Source: an uncultured Anaerolineaceae bacterium
Lineage (GTDB): Bacteria > Chloroflexota > Anaerolineae > Aggregatilineales > Phototrophicaceae
Assembly: GCA_964508745.1 (NCBI GenBank)
Contig: CAZDVL010000001.1
Coordinates: forward strand, 2,603-66,602
Length of the DNA: 64,000 nt
Direction: 5' to 3'
The position numbers and the translations under genes were made by a program. The notes under the pieces are model-generated. The model worked only from the letters and a program-made list of their open reading frames with translations, had not been told where the DNA came from and made no database searches. Positions 10,201 to 16,783 of the stretch are shown piece after piece; position 1 is the stretch's first letter, and each line of letters begins with the position of its first letter.

Positions 10201-13200
10201 GGACGCCCGGACGCACAGATCGTAGACCGCGCCCTTGAACGTGCGCGTCACGTAATCGTAAGCGCCCTCCAGCGTTGTGCCGATGGCGAAGCCGGTTCCT
10301 TTGAACGAGAACTCCAGGTCGTTGGCGGCGGCGGTGGAGGTGGACATGGCGATGCTGCTGGAGGCGCGCACGTCCGTGAGCTGCTGCCAGCTTCCCGCGA
10401 ACAACTGCCGCACCTCCGGCTCGTTCACGTCGTGGACGCCGGGCAGCAGCGGGTCAGATTCGAACAGGATGGAGAAGGCGTCCACGCGCAGCCAGCGGTA
10501 GAGCTGCCGGTTGATGATCTCAACCGTGTGCGCTTCGCCGTCGCGCAGGTCGCGGCAGGAAACGGTGTAGGGCGCGACGCCGTAGTTGGTCAGGCGGTCT
10601 TTGCCCTGGGTCACGTCACGCAGGAAGATGGCGCGCGTGGTGCAGGTAAAGCCCTCTGTCTGGACGCCGCTGGTCAGCGCGCGGCCCCGGCGCTCGCCGT
10701 TGGGCAGCGGCGGGTCCCACGTGAGGTCGCTGCCGTTGATGCGCAGGTCCCAGAAGCCGCCGACGGGGTATGCCTGCATGTAGAGCGTGAAGCCTTCGCC
10801 CACGAAGTTGAACGTGGCCACATCGTCCAGCGCCGTTGTGGTGTGCAGCGTGTTGTTGATGTTCGGCTCGCTGGCCGACGCCGTCCAACTGCCGGGCTTG
10901 GCCGGGTTGAGGTTGCCGTAGCTGAAGGCGAAGCTGGTGTCGTCGTGCAGACCGCGATCCGGGATGCTGCCGACAAGCTCCAGGCGCACCCGGCTGGTCA
11001 CTGTGCCGGGGCCGCCCGGCCCGGCGAACGAGTCGGTCGCCTGATACTCAAAGACCATGAAGCCGCGCTCGTTGGCCGCCGGCGTCAGCGTGATGATGCC
11101 GTCCGGCCCGGCGGCGGTGATGCGGCTCTCAATGTAGGCGGCGGGGTTAGCGCCCAGCAGGTTGGGGTTGTAATTCGGCTCAAACGTGACCTCGCGGCCC
11201 GCGGTGCTGTCGTTCGCCGGCCAGACGGTCACGCTGCCGTAGCTGAACGGGTAGTCCGCCTGAACGCCGCGCGCGGGCGTGCCGGTGTCGCTGCCGGCTT
11301 CGGAGAAGCTGAAGTTGTTGAACTGGACATAGGGGCGCAGCCGCAGCCGAAAGTCGGTCTCTGGCTCGGTGATGAGCCGGTAGGTGGTCCAGGGCGCGCC
11401 GCCTGCCGGCTGGGTGAGGCGTGTGTCCTGTGTCGGGGCGATGTTCACTGTGATCGTGTTCTGCACGGCCGCCCCGGAGGTGTCCCGCGCCTCGTAGGTG
11501 ATGACGACCTGCGCGGCGGGCGCGGTGTAGAAATGCCTTGGCGGGCAGTAGTAGATGTACTGTTTCAGGTCCGACGGAGCGGCCGGGTTCCGGCCCACCT
11601 TCAGGCCCTGGCCGCCGCAGAAATCGGTGGGGTCGGTGCTGAAGTTTTCCGGCAGGGGCGAGACGATGCTGAAGGTGTACGGCTCGAAGCCGCCCTCGAC
11701 GCCGCCGGCGCGCCCGTCGCGTGCGCGCGGGTCAATCAGGAACGCGCCGTTGACCGTGCCCACTGGCTGAACGTCGCCGGGCTGGCCGAAGGTGTCTTCC
11801 TGGCGCGCCTCGTTGGTGATCGGCGTGGCGTTGAGCAGAAGCAGCTCATAGGCGCCGATGTCCGGCACGCCGTTAAATACGCGCTGCCGGCCCCGGAAAT
11901 CCAGCGCCGACGTGAGCACGCTGCCATTGCCGCCGTCTGCGCCGGGGTTCGGGTTGGCGGCGGTGGGCTGGAGCAGTTGGTAATAGAGCGGGTCGGTGAT
12001 CGCCAGGCCCAGGCGCGGGCCGACGAACTTGGCCGTGTTCGGGTCGGCGGCAGGGTAGCCGGGGGCCGGGTTGACCGTCGTCACGTTGTTGTTGCCCGCC
12101 GTGCCCAGCGCCGGGCCACAGTCGCCGCCGGTGCCGGTGGCGGAAATCCAGTTGTTGGTCGCGCCGCTGTCCGGTACGCCGTTAGGCGAGCCATCCGGGA
12201 GGCTGGCCTGGCAGGCCGAGTCGGTTGTCGGGTCGTCGGCCAGGTTGGAGAAGTTGTTGCTAAAGAAGATGTTGTTGTGGATATCCCACTGGTTAGCGCC
12301 GGTCACTGCGCCGCCTGGGCGCCCGCGCACAAGCATCCCCAGAAAGCCGTTGGTGGTGTAAGCGGCGTCGAGCACGTGGCCGACGACCGTGTTGTGCGTG
12401 AAGCGGAAACTGGGGCCGGGGTCCAGGTGAACGAGCGGGCCTTTGGTGGCGTTGTTCAGCAGGATGTTGCTGAACATGTTGACGGTGCCCTGGGCCAGGC
12501 TGTCGTTAAGCACCTGCACCAGGCCTTCGCCGGAATTGCCGGTGAACAGGCTGCGCGCGATCGTGCCGCCGCTGCGGTCAAACGTGATCGCTGCGAACGT
12601 TGCCGGATCGGTCGCCTGAAGGCGCGTGGTATTCGCGCGGAAGGTGTTGTTTTCCAGCAGCGCGCCGCTGCTGTCTGTGAGTTTGATGGCGGATGTGCTG
12701 CTGCTGTCGCTGCCGTTGCCTTCAAACAGCGAGCCGGACACGGTGGCGCCGGCGCTGCTGTCTATTTCCAGCGGCACGGGCAGGTAATACATAAACGTGC
12801 TGCTGCGCAGCGTGCCGCCGGTGGCATAGGCGAAGGCGGCGGCGCGCACGGCCGGGAACAGATCGCCGGCGGTGCCGCCGCGCGGGCGCGTGCCGCGAAA
12901 CTGGAAGCCGCCGACCGTTGTGCCGGTGACGTTGTCGGTGAACACAAGGCCGGCGATGCCGCCGTAGCTGTTGTTGGTAATGATGGTGCTGGCGCCAGCG
13001 CCGGGCATCAGGTCGCTGTAGCTGACGATCTGGATGTTCTGCTTGTTGACCAGAATCGGCGTGACGTATTCGCCGGGCAGCAGCACCACGCGGTCGCCCG
13101 CGAGGGCGGCGGCGATGGCGTGCTGCGGGTGCAGGTAGGGCTGGCTGAAATTGTCGGGCGCGGGCGTCAGGCTGCCGGTCTGCGAGGACACGTACAGCGT

Positions 13201-16200
13201 CCTGCCGCCGAAGCCGTCGCTGAGGGCGGCGCCGGGCAGCGCGGGCCGGACATAATTGGGCTGGCCCAGCACCGGCAGGCCGGCGCCGTAGGTCTGGTCG
13301 AAGCCGTTGCCGTCGCGGTCAATGGCGTGGCCCTGCAAATAATTCTGGAGCGCATTTGCCGCGCCCACGCCGCTGTCGAAGGCGGCCATGTCGGCGTTGG
13401 TGTTGGCGACGAGCAGCGCGGCCATGCCGGCGATGTGCGCGGCGGCGGCGGACGTGCCGTTGAAGCCGTTGGGCGGTGACGGTTCCATGCTGCTGCCAGA
13501 TGCATCGGCGCAGGCGCTGAGGCCCTGGGCGGGGTCGGACGACGAGTCGCCATAAACTGCGATGTGCGACGGGCCGACCAGATTGGGCTTGAACACGTCC
13601 GCCGGGCCGGCGCCGCTGCTGCCGCCAGCGGCATACAGCGGCCCGCGCGAGCTGCTGGGCATAATGGGGTAGGGGTTGCTCTGGCCCTCACTGGCGCGGC
13701 CAGGCAGCGCCGAGCAGGCCGCGCCGACGGTCAGCGCGAAAGTCGAGTCGCCGGGGCGGCCCAGCGTGCGCGTGGTGTTGGCGCTCACGCCGGTCGGATA
13801 GGCGGTAATCGTGCCGCTGGTCTGGAACTGGAGATAGTCGCTGGCGGAGTCGCCGCCAAGCCTGGTAATGGTCGCCGTGAAAACGGTGGGGGCCGTGTAG
13901 CTGCCAGGGATCGTGACCTGCACGCCGGGGTTGGCCGTCAGCGGCACCCGGCTGGCGGCGGGCAGCGTGGCCGCGCCGTCCGTCAGCTCCAACTGGAAAT
14001 TCTCGCGAACAGCGCCGCCGTTCGGGGCGCTGTCCCAGTCGTTCCAGCTCAGCGAAACGGTGTCACCCGCCTGCGCCGTGACCGTGAACGCCATCGTTGG
14101 GCCGGCCCAGTCAAAGCTGGCGTAGCGGTCCAGGTTGTTGTTGCCGGCGCTGGCGATGACCAGCACGCCGGCCTCGCGCGCGGCGCGGATGGCGTCGTGC
14201 GGGGTGGCGGGGGCGGCGGCGCTGTAGCTGGTGTTGCCGTCGGTGCCGTCGCCGGGGCCGGCGCTCACGCCCAGGTCAAGCGTGATCAGGATGATGCGGT
14301 AGCCAGCCGCGCGCGCCGTGTTAATGGCGGCGGTGAGCTGGGCGGCCGTTGTGGCGGGGAAGGTCGCCACGCGGCTGGTGGGGGCGATGTCGCAGATGGT
14401 TTCGACCACACGCGCGCCGTGACTGATGGACGGCCCGACCGCCGCCGCGCTGATCAGGCAGGAACGTTCAGCGACGGGCAGCAGGTTCAGGCCGGTGAAA
14501 TTGGTGTCAATGACGGCGATGGGCACGCTGCCGCCGGTGACGGCGGCCCAGGCCGGCGCGCCGTTAATCACGGGCGGCGTGTGCCAGTCGTTGGCGCCCA
14601 GGATGTCGAGGCTGTGCGGCACGGTGGTGCCCGCGCCGGAGACCAGCACCGGCGCGCCGGCGCTGCTGGCCGCGCTGGATGTCGAGACGGCGCGGGGCGG
14701 CAGCACCACGGCCGCCACCTGCTCCGTGTTGACCAGCGCCTGAATGGCCGTCAGCGGCACGCGGGCCTCTACGGACTTGTCCCCGGTGAAATCGACGATG
14801 CCGCCGACCTGCTCGACCAGCGCGGCCAGCGCCGCCAGCTCAAGATCAGGGGCGGCGTAGACGACAACATTTACGCGCAGCGCGTCGTCGAGCGCGGGCA
14901 TGCCATAGTTTGTGGCCAGCGCGAGCGCGGCCTCTGTCTCGCCGCTCAGGTACAGCTCCAGTACCTCGTAGATGGCGCTGTGCAGTTTGGCGGCGTTGGC
15001 TTCGGTCAGGCCCAGCGGCGCGGGCGTGGCGGTGGGCAGCAGCTCAGCCGGGGTCAGGTCGTAGACGGCGATGTCGTCCAGCAGGGACGCGGCGGCGCCG
15101 CCCGCGCTGAACGCGAGCTGGCCGCTGATCAACGGCGTTTCATCGCTGAAGGTCAGCGCCTCGACGCCGTCCAGCAGCGCGCTGAACGTGCCGCCGGCGG
15201 CGTTCAGCGCCAGCGTGTGCCACGCGCCCGGCGCGAAGCTGGCCGGGACGGCGGCGAGCGGCGTCTGCTCACCGCCGGCGGCGGCGCGGTACAGCGCCAC
15301 CTGCGCGGCTTCCAGCCGCAGCACATACCCGCCGGCGTCGGCGCTGCGGAAGGCGATTTGCAGGCTGCTGCCGGCGTCAGCCAGGCTGAAGCGCGCGTTC
15401 AGGGTGAAATCCGCCAGGTGGACGATTTCCGCCGGCGCCAGCGCGCTGCCGGGGTTGAGCAGCAGCGCCCGGTTGTCGGCGGCGGTTTCGACGACGCTCG
15501 CGCCGTCAGTGACACTCCAGCCGGCCAGCTCGCCTTCAAAATCGGCGGCCAGGACCGGCGCCAGCGCGCCGGGTTCGTCGGTGCTTTCCGGCTCAACAGT
15601 CGCTTCTTCCGTCGCCTCCGGCTCGGTTATCGGCTCGTCGGTGGCTTCGGGCGCGGGTTCTTCGGTGGCCTCAGGCTCCGCCGTCAGCTCTGGCAGCGCC
15701 GTTTCGGTGGGGGCAGGCGCGGTTTCCGTCGCGGGTGGGATGGGCGTGGGCGTTTCGGTGGGCAGCTCCAGCCGGTGAATCACCACATCATCCAGCGCGA
15801 CCGCCGCGCTGCTGTCTGCGCCGGTGATGAACGCCAGCGCGCCGGCGGGCAGCGGCAGCGGGTCCTGGTAGGTGAACTGTACAACGCCGTCCAGGCCGAC
15901 GGTGAGCGTGTCGCCCAGCAGGTGCACGTTGAGCGTGCGCCAGACGGCCTGCGGCTGCTCGCCCTCAGCCAGCGGCGCGGGCTGCGGCCCCTGCGCCAGC
16001 AGCGCGCTGCCGCGATACAGGCTGGCCTGGCCGCTGGCGTCAAGCGTGACGGTGTACTGTTCAGCGCCGGCGCGCAGCGCCAGGCTCACGCTGGCGCCCG
16101 GCTCGACGCGCGCGCGCGCCGCCAGCAGCAGATGCTCCCAGTAGAGGTTGTTGACGGCCGCGCCCTGCGCTGGCCCGACGGCGCTCAGGACGCGGCTGGC

Positions 16201-16584
16201 GCCATCCAGCAGGACCTGCCAGCCAGCGGTGAGCGTCCAGCCGGCGGCGTCGCCGTCCTCAAAATTGTCCTGGAACAGCACCGCGTCGGGCGCCAGCGTC
16301 GCCAGCGGGGTGGGGCTGGCCGGCGGCGCGGCGGTCTCGGTGGCCTCCGGCGCGGCGGTTTCGACGGGCGGCGCGGTTGGCTCGGCGGTGGTTTCTGGCG
16401 CGGCGGTTTCGGCAGGCGGCGCGGTCGGGCTGGCCGTCTCCTCAGCCGGGGGCGGCGGCTCAGCGGTGGTTTCCTGCGCGCGCGCGACATAAGAGGCCGC
16501 TGGCGCGACATAGGTGACGATGAGCGAGATCAGAATAAGTCCGGTCAGAATGGCGTTGACGGCGCGCCGTTGTTCAGGGGTCAT
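4261..16584 (-). CDS. Giant (4107 aa) N-terminally anchored multidomain protein: DUF1080/LamG-like x2, S8 subtilase, beta-helix, Ig-like region, 14 two-Cys beta-rich modules
   Basis: This is a single open frame of 12,324 nt. GGAGG (16597-16593) sits 8 nt upstream of ATG 16584. The gene has its own promoter-like element and its own terminator. Recognisable domains and a catalytic triad occur only in this frame. Confidence 0.9.
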   Translation of the reverse strand: MTPEQRRAVNAILTGLILISLIVTYVAPAASYVARAQETTAEPPPPAEETASPTAPPAETAAPETTAEPTAPPVETAAPEATETAAPPASPTPLATLAPDAVLFQDNFEDGDAAGWTLTAGWQVLLDGASRVLSAVGPAQGAAVNNLYWEHLLLAARARVEPGASVSLALRAGAEQYTVTLDASGQASLYRGSALLAQGPQPAPLAEGEQPQAVWRTLNVHLLGDTLTVGLDGVVQFTYQDPLPLPAGALAFITGADSSAAVALDDVVIHRLELPTETPTPIPPATETAPAPTETALPELTAEPEATEEPAPEATDEPITEPEATEEATVEPESTDEPGALAPVLAADFEGELAGWSVTDGASVVETAADNRALLLNPGSALAPAEIVHLADFTLNARFSLADAGSSLQIAFRSADAGGYVLRLEAAQVALYRAAAGGEQTPLAAVPASFAPGAWHTLALNAAGGTFSALLDGVEALTFSDETPLISGQLAFSAGGAAASLLDDIAVYDLTPAELLPTATPAPLGLTEANAAKLHSAIYEVLELYLSGETEAALALATNYGMPALDDALRVNVVVYAAPDLELAALAALVEQVGGIVDFTGDKSVEARVPLTAIQALVNTEQVAAVVLPPRAVSTSSAASSAGAPVLVSGAGTTVPHSLDILGANDWHTPPVINGAPAWAAVTGGSVPIAVIDTNFTGLNLLPVAERSCLISAAAVGPSISHGARVVETICDIAPTSRVATFPATTAAQLTAAINTARAAGYRIILITLDLGVSAGPGDGTDGNTSYSAAAPATPHDAIRAAREAGVLVIASAGNNNLDRYASFDWAGPTMAFTVTAQAGDTVSLSWNDWDSAPNGGAVRENFQLELTDGAATLPAASRVPLTANPGVQVTIPGSYTAPTVFTATITRLGGDSASDYLQFQTSGTITAYPTGVSANTTRTLGRPGDSTFALTVGAACSALPGRASEGQSNPYPIMPSSSRGPLYAAGGSSGAGPADVFKPNLVGPSHIAVYGDSSSDPAQGLSACADASGSSMEPSPPNGFNGTSAAAAHIAGMAALLVANTNADMAAFDSGVGAANALQNYLQGHAIDRDGNGFDQTYGAGLPVLGQPNYVRPALPGAALSDGFGGRTLYVSSQTGSLTPAPDNFSQPYLHPQHAIAAALAGDRVVLLPGEYVTPILVNKQNIQIVSYSDLMPGAGASTIITNNSYGGIAGLVFTDNVTGTTVGGFQFRGTRPRGGTAGDLFPAVRAAAFAYATGGTLRSSTFMYYLPVPLEIDSSAGATVSGSLFEGNGSDSSSTSAIKLTDSSGALLENNTFRANTTRLQATDPATFAAITFDRSGGTIARSLFTGNSGEGLVQVLNDSLAQGTVNMFSNILLNNATKGPLVHLDPGPSFRFTHNTVVGHVLDAAYTTNGFLGMLVRGRPGGAVTGANQWDIHNNIFFSNNFSNLADDPTTDSACQASLPDGSPNGVPDSGATNNWISATGTGGDCGPALGTAGNNNVTTVNPAPGYPAADPNTAKFVGPRLGLAITDPLYYQLLQPTAANPNPGADGGNGSVLTSALDFRGRQRVFNGVPDIGAYELLLLNATPITNEARQEDTFGQPGDVQPVGTVNGAFLIDPRARDGRAGGVEGGFEPYTFSIVSPLPENFSTDPTDFCGGQGLKVGRNPAAPSDLKQYIYYCPPRHFYTAPAAQVVITYEARDTSGAAVQNTITVNIAPTQDTRLTQPAGGAPWTTYRLITEPETDFRLRLRPYVQFNNFSFSEAGSDTGTPARGVQADYPFSYGSVTVWPANDSTAGREVTFEPNYNPNLLGANPAAYIESRITAAGPDGIITLTPAANERGFMVFEYQATDSFAGPGGPGTVTSRVRLELVGSIPDRGLHDDTSFAFSYGNLNPAKPGSWTASASEPNINNTLHTTTALDDVATFNFVGEGFTLYMQAYPVGGFWDLRINGSDLTWDPPLPNGERRGRALTSGVQTEGFTCTTRAIFLRDVTQGKDRLTNYGVAPYTVSCRDLRDGEAHTVEIINRQLYRWLRVDAFSILFESDPLLPGVHDVNEPEVRQLFAGSWQQLTDVRASSSIAMSTSTAAANDLEFSFKGTGFAIGTTLEGAYDYVTRTFKGAVYDLCVRASSSAANAWVCQEFRNGDGAVYLPTFGAFRPFYGFANGLNDVHEARLIIKEIPTGARLVVDSITVFDQQPTATLPTGVTENDIIGPIVFGNGRDDSWTFNTVDARASNRSLHTVAWGIINAGPFVSFQLPATADRFEWSRVAIPTIDTQQALICVDRASGGPAGVQSDYCVLHNLRTAPNPLVIRESDFAAGWVAAGAHTVEIFSLVNSPFNFDKVTVFDSSLPLAAGYYEEFSLLPSSPTSAYRYNGVWTDLKWPLAGYASGLAARQTTEAGANVIFEMNGTGFAAYFTTDYLAGSAEICWLAGLDHTESAVRSTGTCRTYNNYLPYTLYKAPRTVIGLSAAPADFTVVISNVPNSPAQTTMKFDALEIFNHTLPTLRLDQPGQRYETSFKQFTADPTTTPFYYFGTGWSTVEGPWVTYSGKNYDMSLYRQGAGFAFRTSGVDLVRIVRPAVYGWATMEICASGVDFDAAVPGQNCLQVLGQQNPVLVRLPDTSERIVTVTLVNASVLFLDAVDVYNTGSPLPVGQHEDDNPLLQFDSRWSPLASGLYTAIHGMRTTVDNADMLFYMNGAYVEIGAFLSPYNQLDICSKDGQFDRADYAANPGTWACETWPPASTISYARQLYGRAFPSMGVRSVLVRHNAYNPPYASAVIDYVTIYNSLDPLVEGTYEETHPKLRAGLMLANNTPQGTIPVWTAATPNWATLPSPVFSGGSLVQTSTAGDYLVFDFNGTGFEIGSTTDIYGSELEVCYASGTISANFGGAAFDPALFDAAGPRCYIYQNETAAPNYTTARTVNALTAGSYTVRARHLDTNGSAVYPTLPARTWNIPRLRVDYVSIYNSPLPPAVASGSFNDSATDGGSPYLQVAPASRWRQITDWRALTYANQSFTGITDNFGNVTNRYVGPVATLRVSVTDPGATVILDTGNPSYLNSDQLLVCVDQVAGDGTVTTDNGTCRVLTTMRTMRYQTLQIGHSGPGADYRLTFRTLTPGFFNIAGFQVIPGSTLTAGVHEEFLMTGTGIKTYNSPAFSLFTVANNANSEDWKTITLAPYTGGRALSTEFRKDTPPPASPATPNIGGSLSFSFTGTGISIGTLLDRWGSEMRVCYQMAGWPAEVCETFQNEYVGVSYYTSRTIAGLERGTYTVRIENSDDGESVVVPTLPRNTQIFPARLVIDYVQVIDAGAALPPLVPPGVYNDTAAASDSRPYLQTAPANRWSTFSGAAAYAYTGQSYTAVVNDLRQYSPLYGGAAAALHVTVPAVGSTTVTLNTGYQSAANSRELQACYRRTDAPNTQFACELVTPGMWTSRQQNVTLTNGVNVTAPGNYLIVFRTLTPGLFLVDGFEVRTINTLVLGAGLYENTQMSANPGAPLQLTGAWTTLNSPVYSGGSVAQTELPSAQTTGGGSLEFTFEGTGFAVSTVVDIFGSEMRVCYAPDASFDGTWDGTGEYCYDYQNEIPAPNYYTLRTVGGLAPGVYRAYVANLNDGRSELTKHIPGFARYPFYPARLRVDYVQVFNTALPPVVPPGSYNDDAAGSAPYLQFTPSNRWARVTGAPAYYYYNQSYRGIGDPLGRISPLYPGSALTLQVQVPAQSAGGLTTIVLDTGNPTYSNSAQILACAYDATTGARDKCEVITTAQASRFQVFSLTNSGGAPVNRTVTFSTLTTGLFNVAGFQVIAGRTLTEGVYDDYLFNAADGSLIQQTGAWQQGFAVPISKHPWAVGGGQQRTQDPNAALKFEFEGTGFSIGTMQWLYGLDFQVCYEPWTGSAWGAPTCQNGSNDSLGALHFQYGQSYYGLPYGRYRVEVKLKPAAQQSDGAISVWEWLYVDAIAIMGDVATVDNGAGGRAPNAPLTPGMYDDAELLTSAAASFGPAGTWGAPPYVYYGPPYGPWNKTEQFTIRAGSTLSLYIRGNGLTLYQQFNYANSSDVRVCLAESGSEMQCSNFSQYGPYKYFSPIAFYGLGQNQNHHIILENRTPGLRFNVDAIQVIP
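4264..8226 (-). repeat. Four tandem copies of an A-B di-module (about 1 kb of DNA each): 7204-8226, 6178-7203, 5191-6177, and 4264-5190 (diverged)
   Basis: The anchors ..RLRVDYVSIYN (N2965), ..RLVIDYVQVID (D3304) and ..RLRVDYVQVFN (N3637) give periods of 339 and 333 aa. The A modules share GGSLxFxFxGTGxxxxTxxDxxGSEMRVCY. The B modules share LPPxVxxGxxND...PYLQxxPxxRW...LDTGNPxYxNSxQxLxC...FxTLTxGxFNxAGFQVI. Confidence 0.85.
4264..10971 (-). repeat. Array of 14 consecutive beta-rich modules of about 145-180 aa (aa 1872-4107), each with exactly one Cys pair
   Basis: Every module ends with a h-h-h-D-x-h-x-h strand: RVDAFSILF, VVDSITVFD, FDKVTVFD, FDALEIFN, LDAVDVYN, IDYVTIYN, VDYVSIYN, IAGFQVIP, IDYVQVID, VDGFEVRT, VDYVQVFN, VAGFQVIA, VDAIAIMG, VDAIQVIP. 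Many modules carry x-F-x-F-x-G-T-G-F. Each has two Cys 10-27 residues apart. Confidence 0.8.
10972..11844 (-). other. Two probable Ig-like / putative-Ig (He_PIG-like) domains (about aa 1581-1871)
   Basis: The sequences are GGFEPYTFSIVSPLPENFSTDP...VVITYEARDTSGAAVQNTITVNIAP and ...ERGFMVFEYQATDSFAGPGGPGTVTSRVRLELV. These are beta-sandwich style patterns and the call is weak. Confidence 0.35.
11845..13182 (-). other. Right-handed parallel beta-helix region (about aa 1135-1580)
   Basis: There are repeated N/G/T-rich turns (ITNNSYGGIAGLVFTDNVTGTTVGG..., LENNTFRANT..., SLFTGNSGEG..., IHNNIFFSNNF...). The region ends in FRGRQRVFNGVPDIGAYEL, the DIGAYE-type end I associate with pectate-lyase-like / choice-of-anchor beta-helix proteins. 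Confidence 0.6.
13225..14622 (-). other. Subtilisin-like (peptidase S8) domain (about aa 655-1120) with a large insertion
   Basis: The candidate triad is Asp693 (IAVIDTNF, codon 14508-14506), His722 (ISHGARVVE, 14421-14419) and Ser1045 (FNGTSAAAAHIAGMAALL, 13452-13450). It is preceded by a prodomain-like segment (aa about 526-630). Confidence 0.75.
15055..15555 (-). other. DUF1080/LamG-like domain 2 (aa 344-510)
   Basis: The sequence is LAADFEGELAGWSVTDGASVV...HTLALNAAGGTFSALLDGVEALTFSD...GQLAFSAGG...LLDDIAVYDL. It is a paralog of domain 1, separated from it by an E/P/T/A linker. Confidence 0.55.
15769..16287 (-). other. DUF1080/LamG-like (concanavalin-like) domain 1 of the giant protein (aa 100-272)
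   Basis: The sequence is LFQDNFEDGDAAGWTLTAGWQVLLDG...LDGVVQFTYQD...GALAFITG...ALDDVVIHRL, the typical F-x-D-x-F...W...W-x-V pattern of this fold. The assignment is by eye. Confidence 0.55.
16318..16434 (-). repeat. Imperfect tandem 48-nt repeat (2 full copies plus a partial one) encoding the T-A-P-P-x-E-T-A-A-P-E linker
   Basis: Units 16339-16386 and 16387-16434 align with only a few mismatches (ggtgg....ggcgcggcggtttcg...ggcggcgcggt...). The protein reads ..TAPPAETAAPETTAEPTAPPVETAAPEATETAAPP.. Confidence 0.7.
16495..16560 (-). other. N-terminal hydrophobic signal-anchor / signal peptide of the giant protein (aa 9-30)
   Basis: The sequence is MTPEQRRAVNAILTGLILISLIVTYVAPAASYVARAQE: a positively charged N-terminus, then about 22 hydrophobic residues, then an A-x-A-like site. 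Confidence 0.7.
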
Positions 16585-16679
16585 GAGAAGAGCCTCCAGC
16601 GACCAGCAAGCACAGCAGATGAGGTCAGCACAGCGTTAACTGTGGGCGGATGCGGAACCGTGAAATTCATGTTGAGACT

Positions 16680-16708
16680 ATTATATATGCGCCATTGGCG
16701 ATTGTTCA
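16680..16708 (-). promoter_or_regulatory. Candidate promoter of the giant gene (TGAACA-17 nt-TATAAT on the minus strand)
   Basis: A perfect -10 lies at 16685-16680 and a 4/6 -35 at 16708-16703. Both sit in the AT-rich island between the DUF2344 stop and the giant ORF, which leaves a leader of about 90 nt. Confidence 0.45.
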
Positions 16709-16783
16709 TCAAGATTGCCGCATCTCGATTACCGCTTAATGCCCGGAAGCGTTACGGGCGATTGTGCGAAATTTGTATAGATT

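Noticed and set aside
8548-13479. A 1643-aa plus-strand ORF. Similar cases are 13564-16887 (1107 aa), 5743-7767 (674 aa) and 4327-5310 on the plus strand, and the same-strand off-frame ORF 4127-5338.
   Set aside because: All lie inside the giant gene, either antisense or in an alternative frame. Their translations are Arg/Ala/Gly/Val/Pro-rich strings without motifs or ribosome-binding sites. This is the usual stop-codon-poor shadow frame of high-GC coding DNA. The minus-strand frame 4261-16584 carries the protease triad, the beta-helix and the repeat structure.
4261-16783. The giant gene as a horizontally acquired island or mobile element.
   Set aside because: I found no integrase, transposase, flanking tRNA, direct repeats or obvious compositional break. 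Codon style matches the neighbours. The only hint is the split radical-SAM/DUF2344 pair, which is reported separately at low interest.
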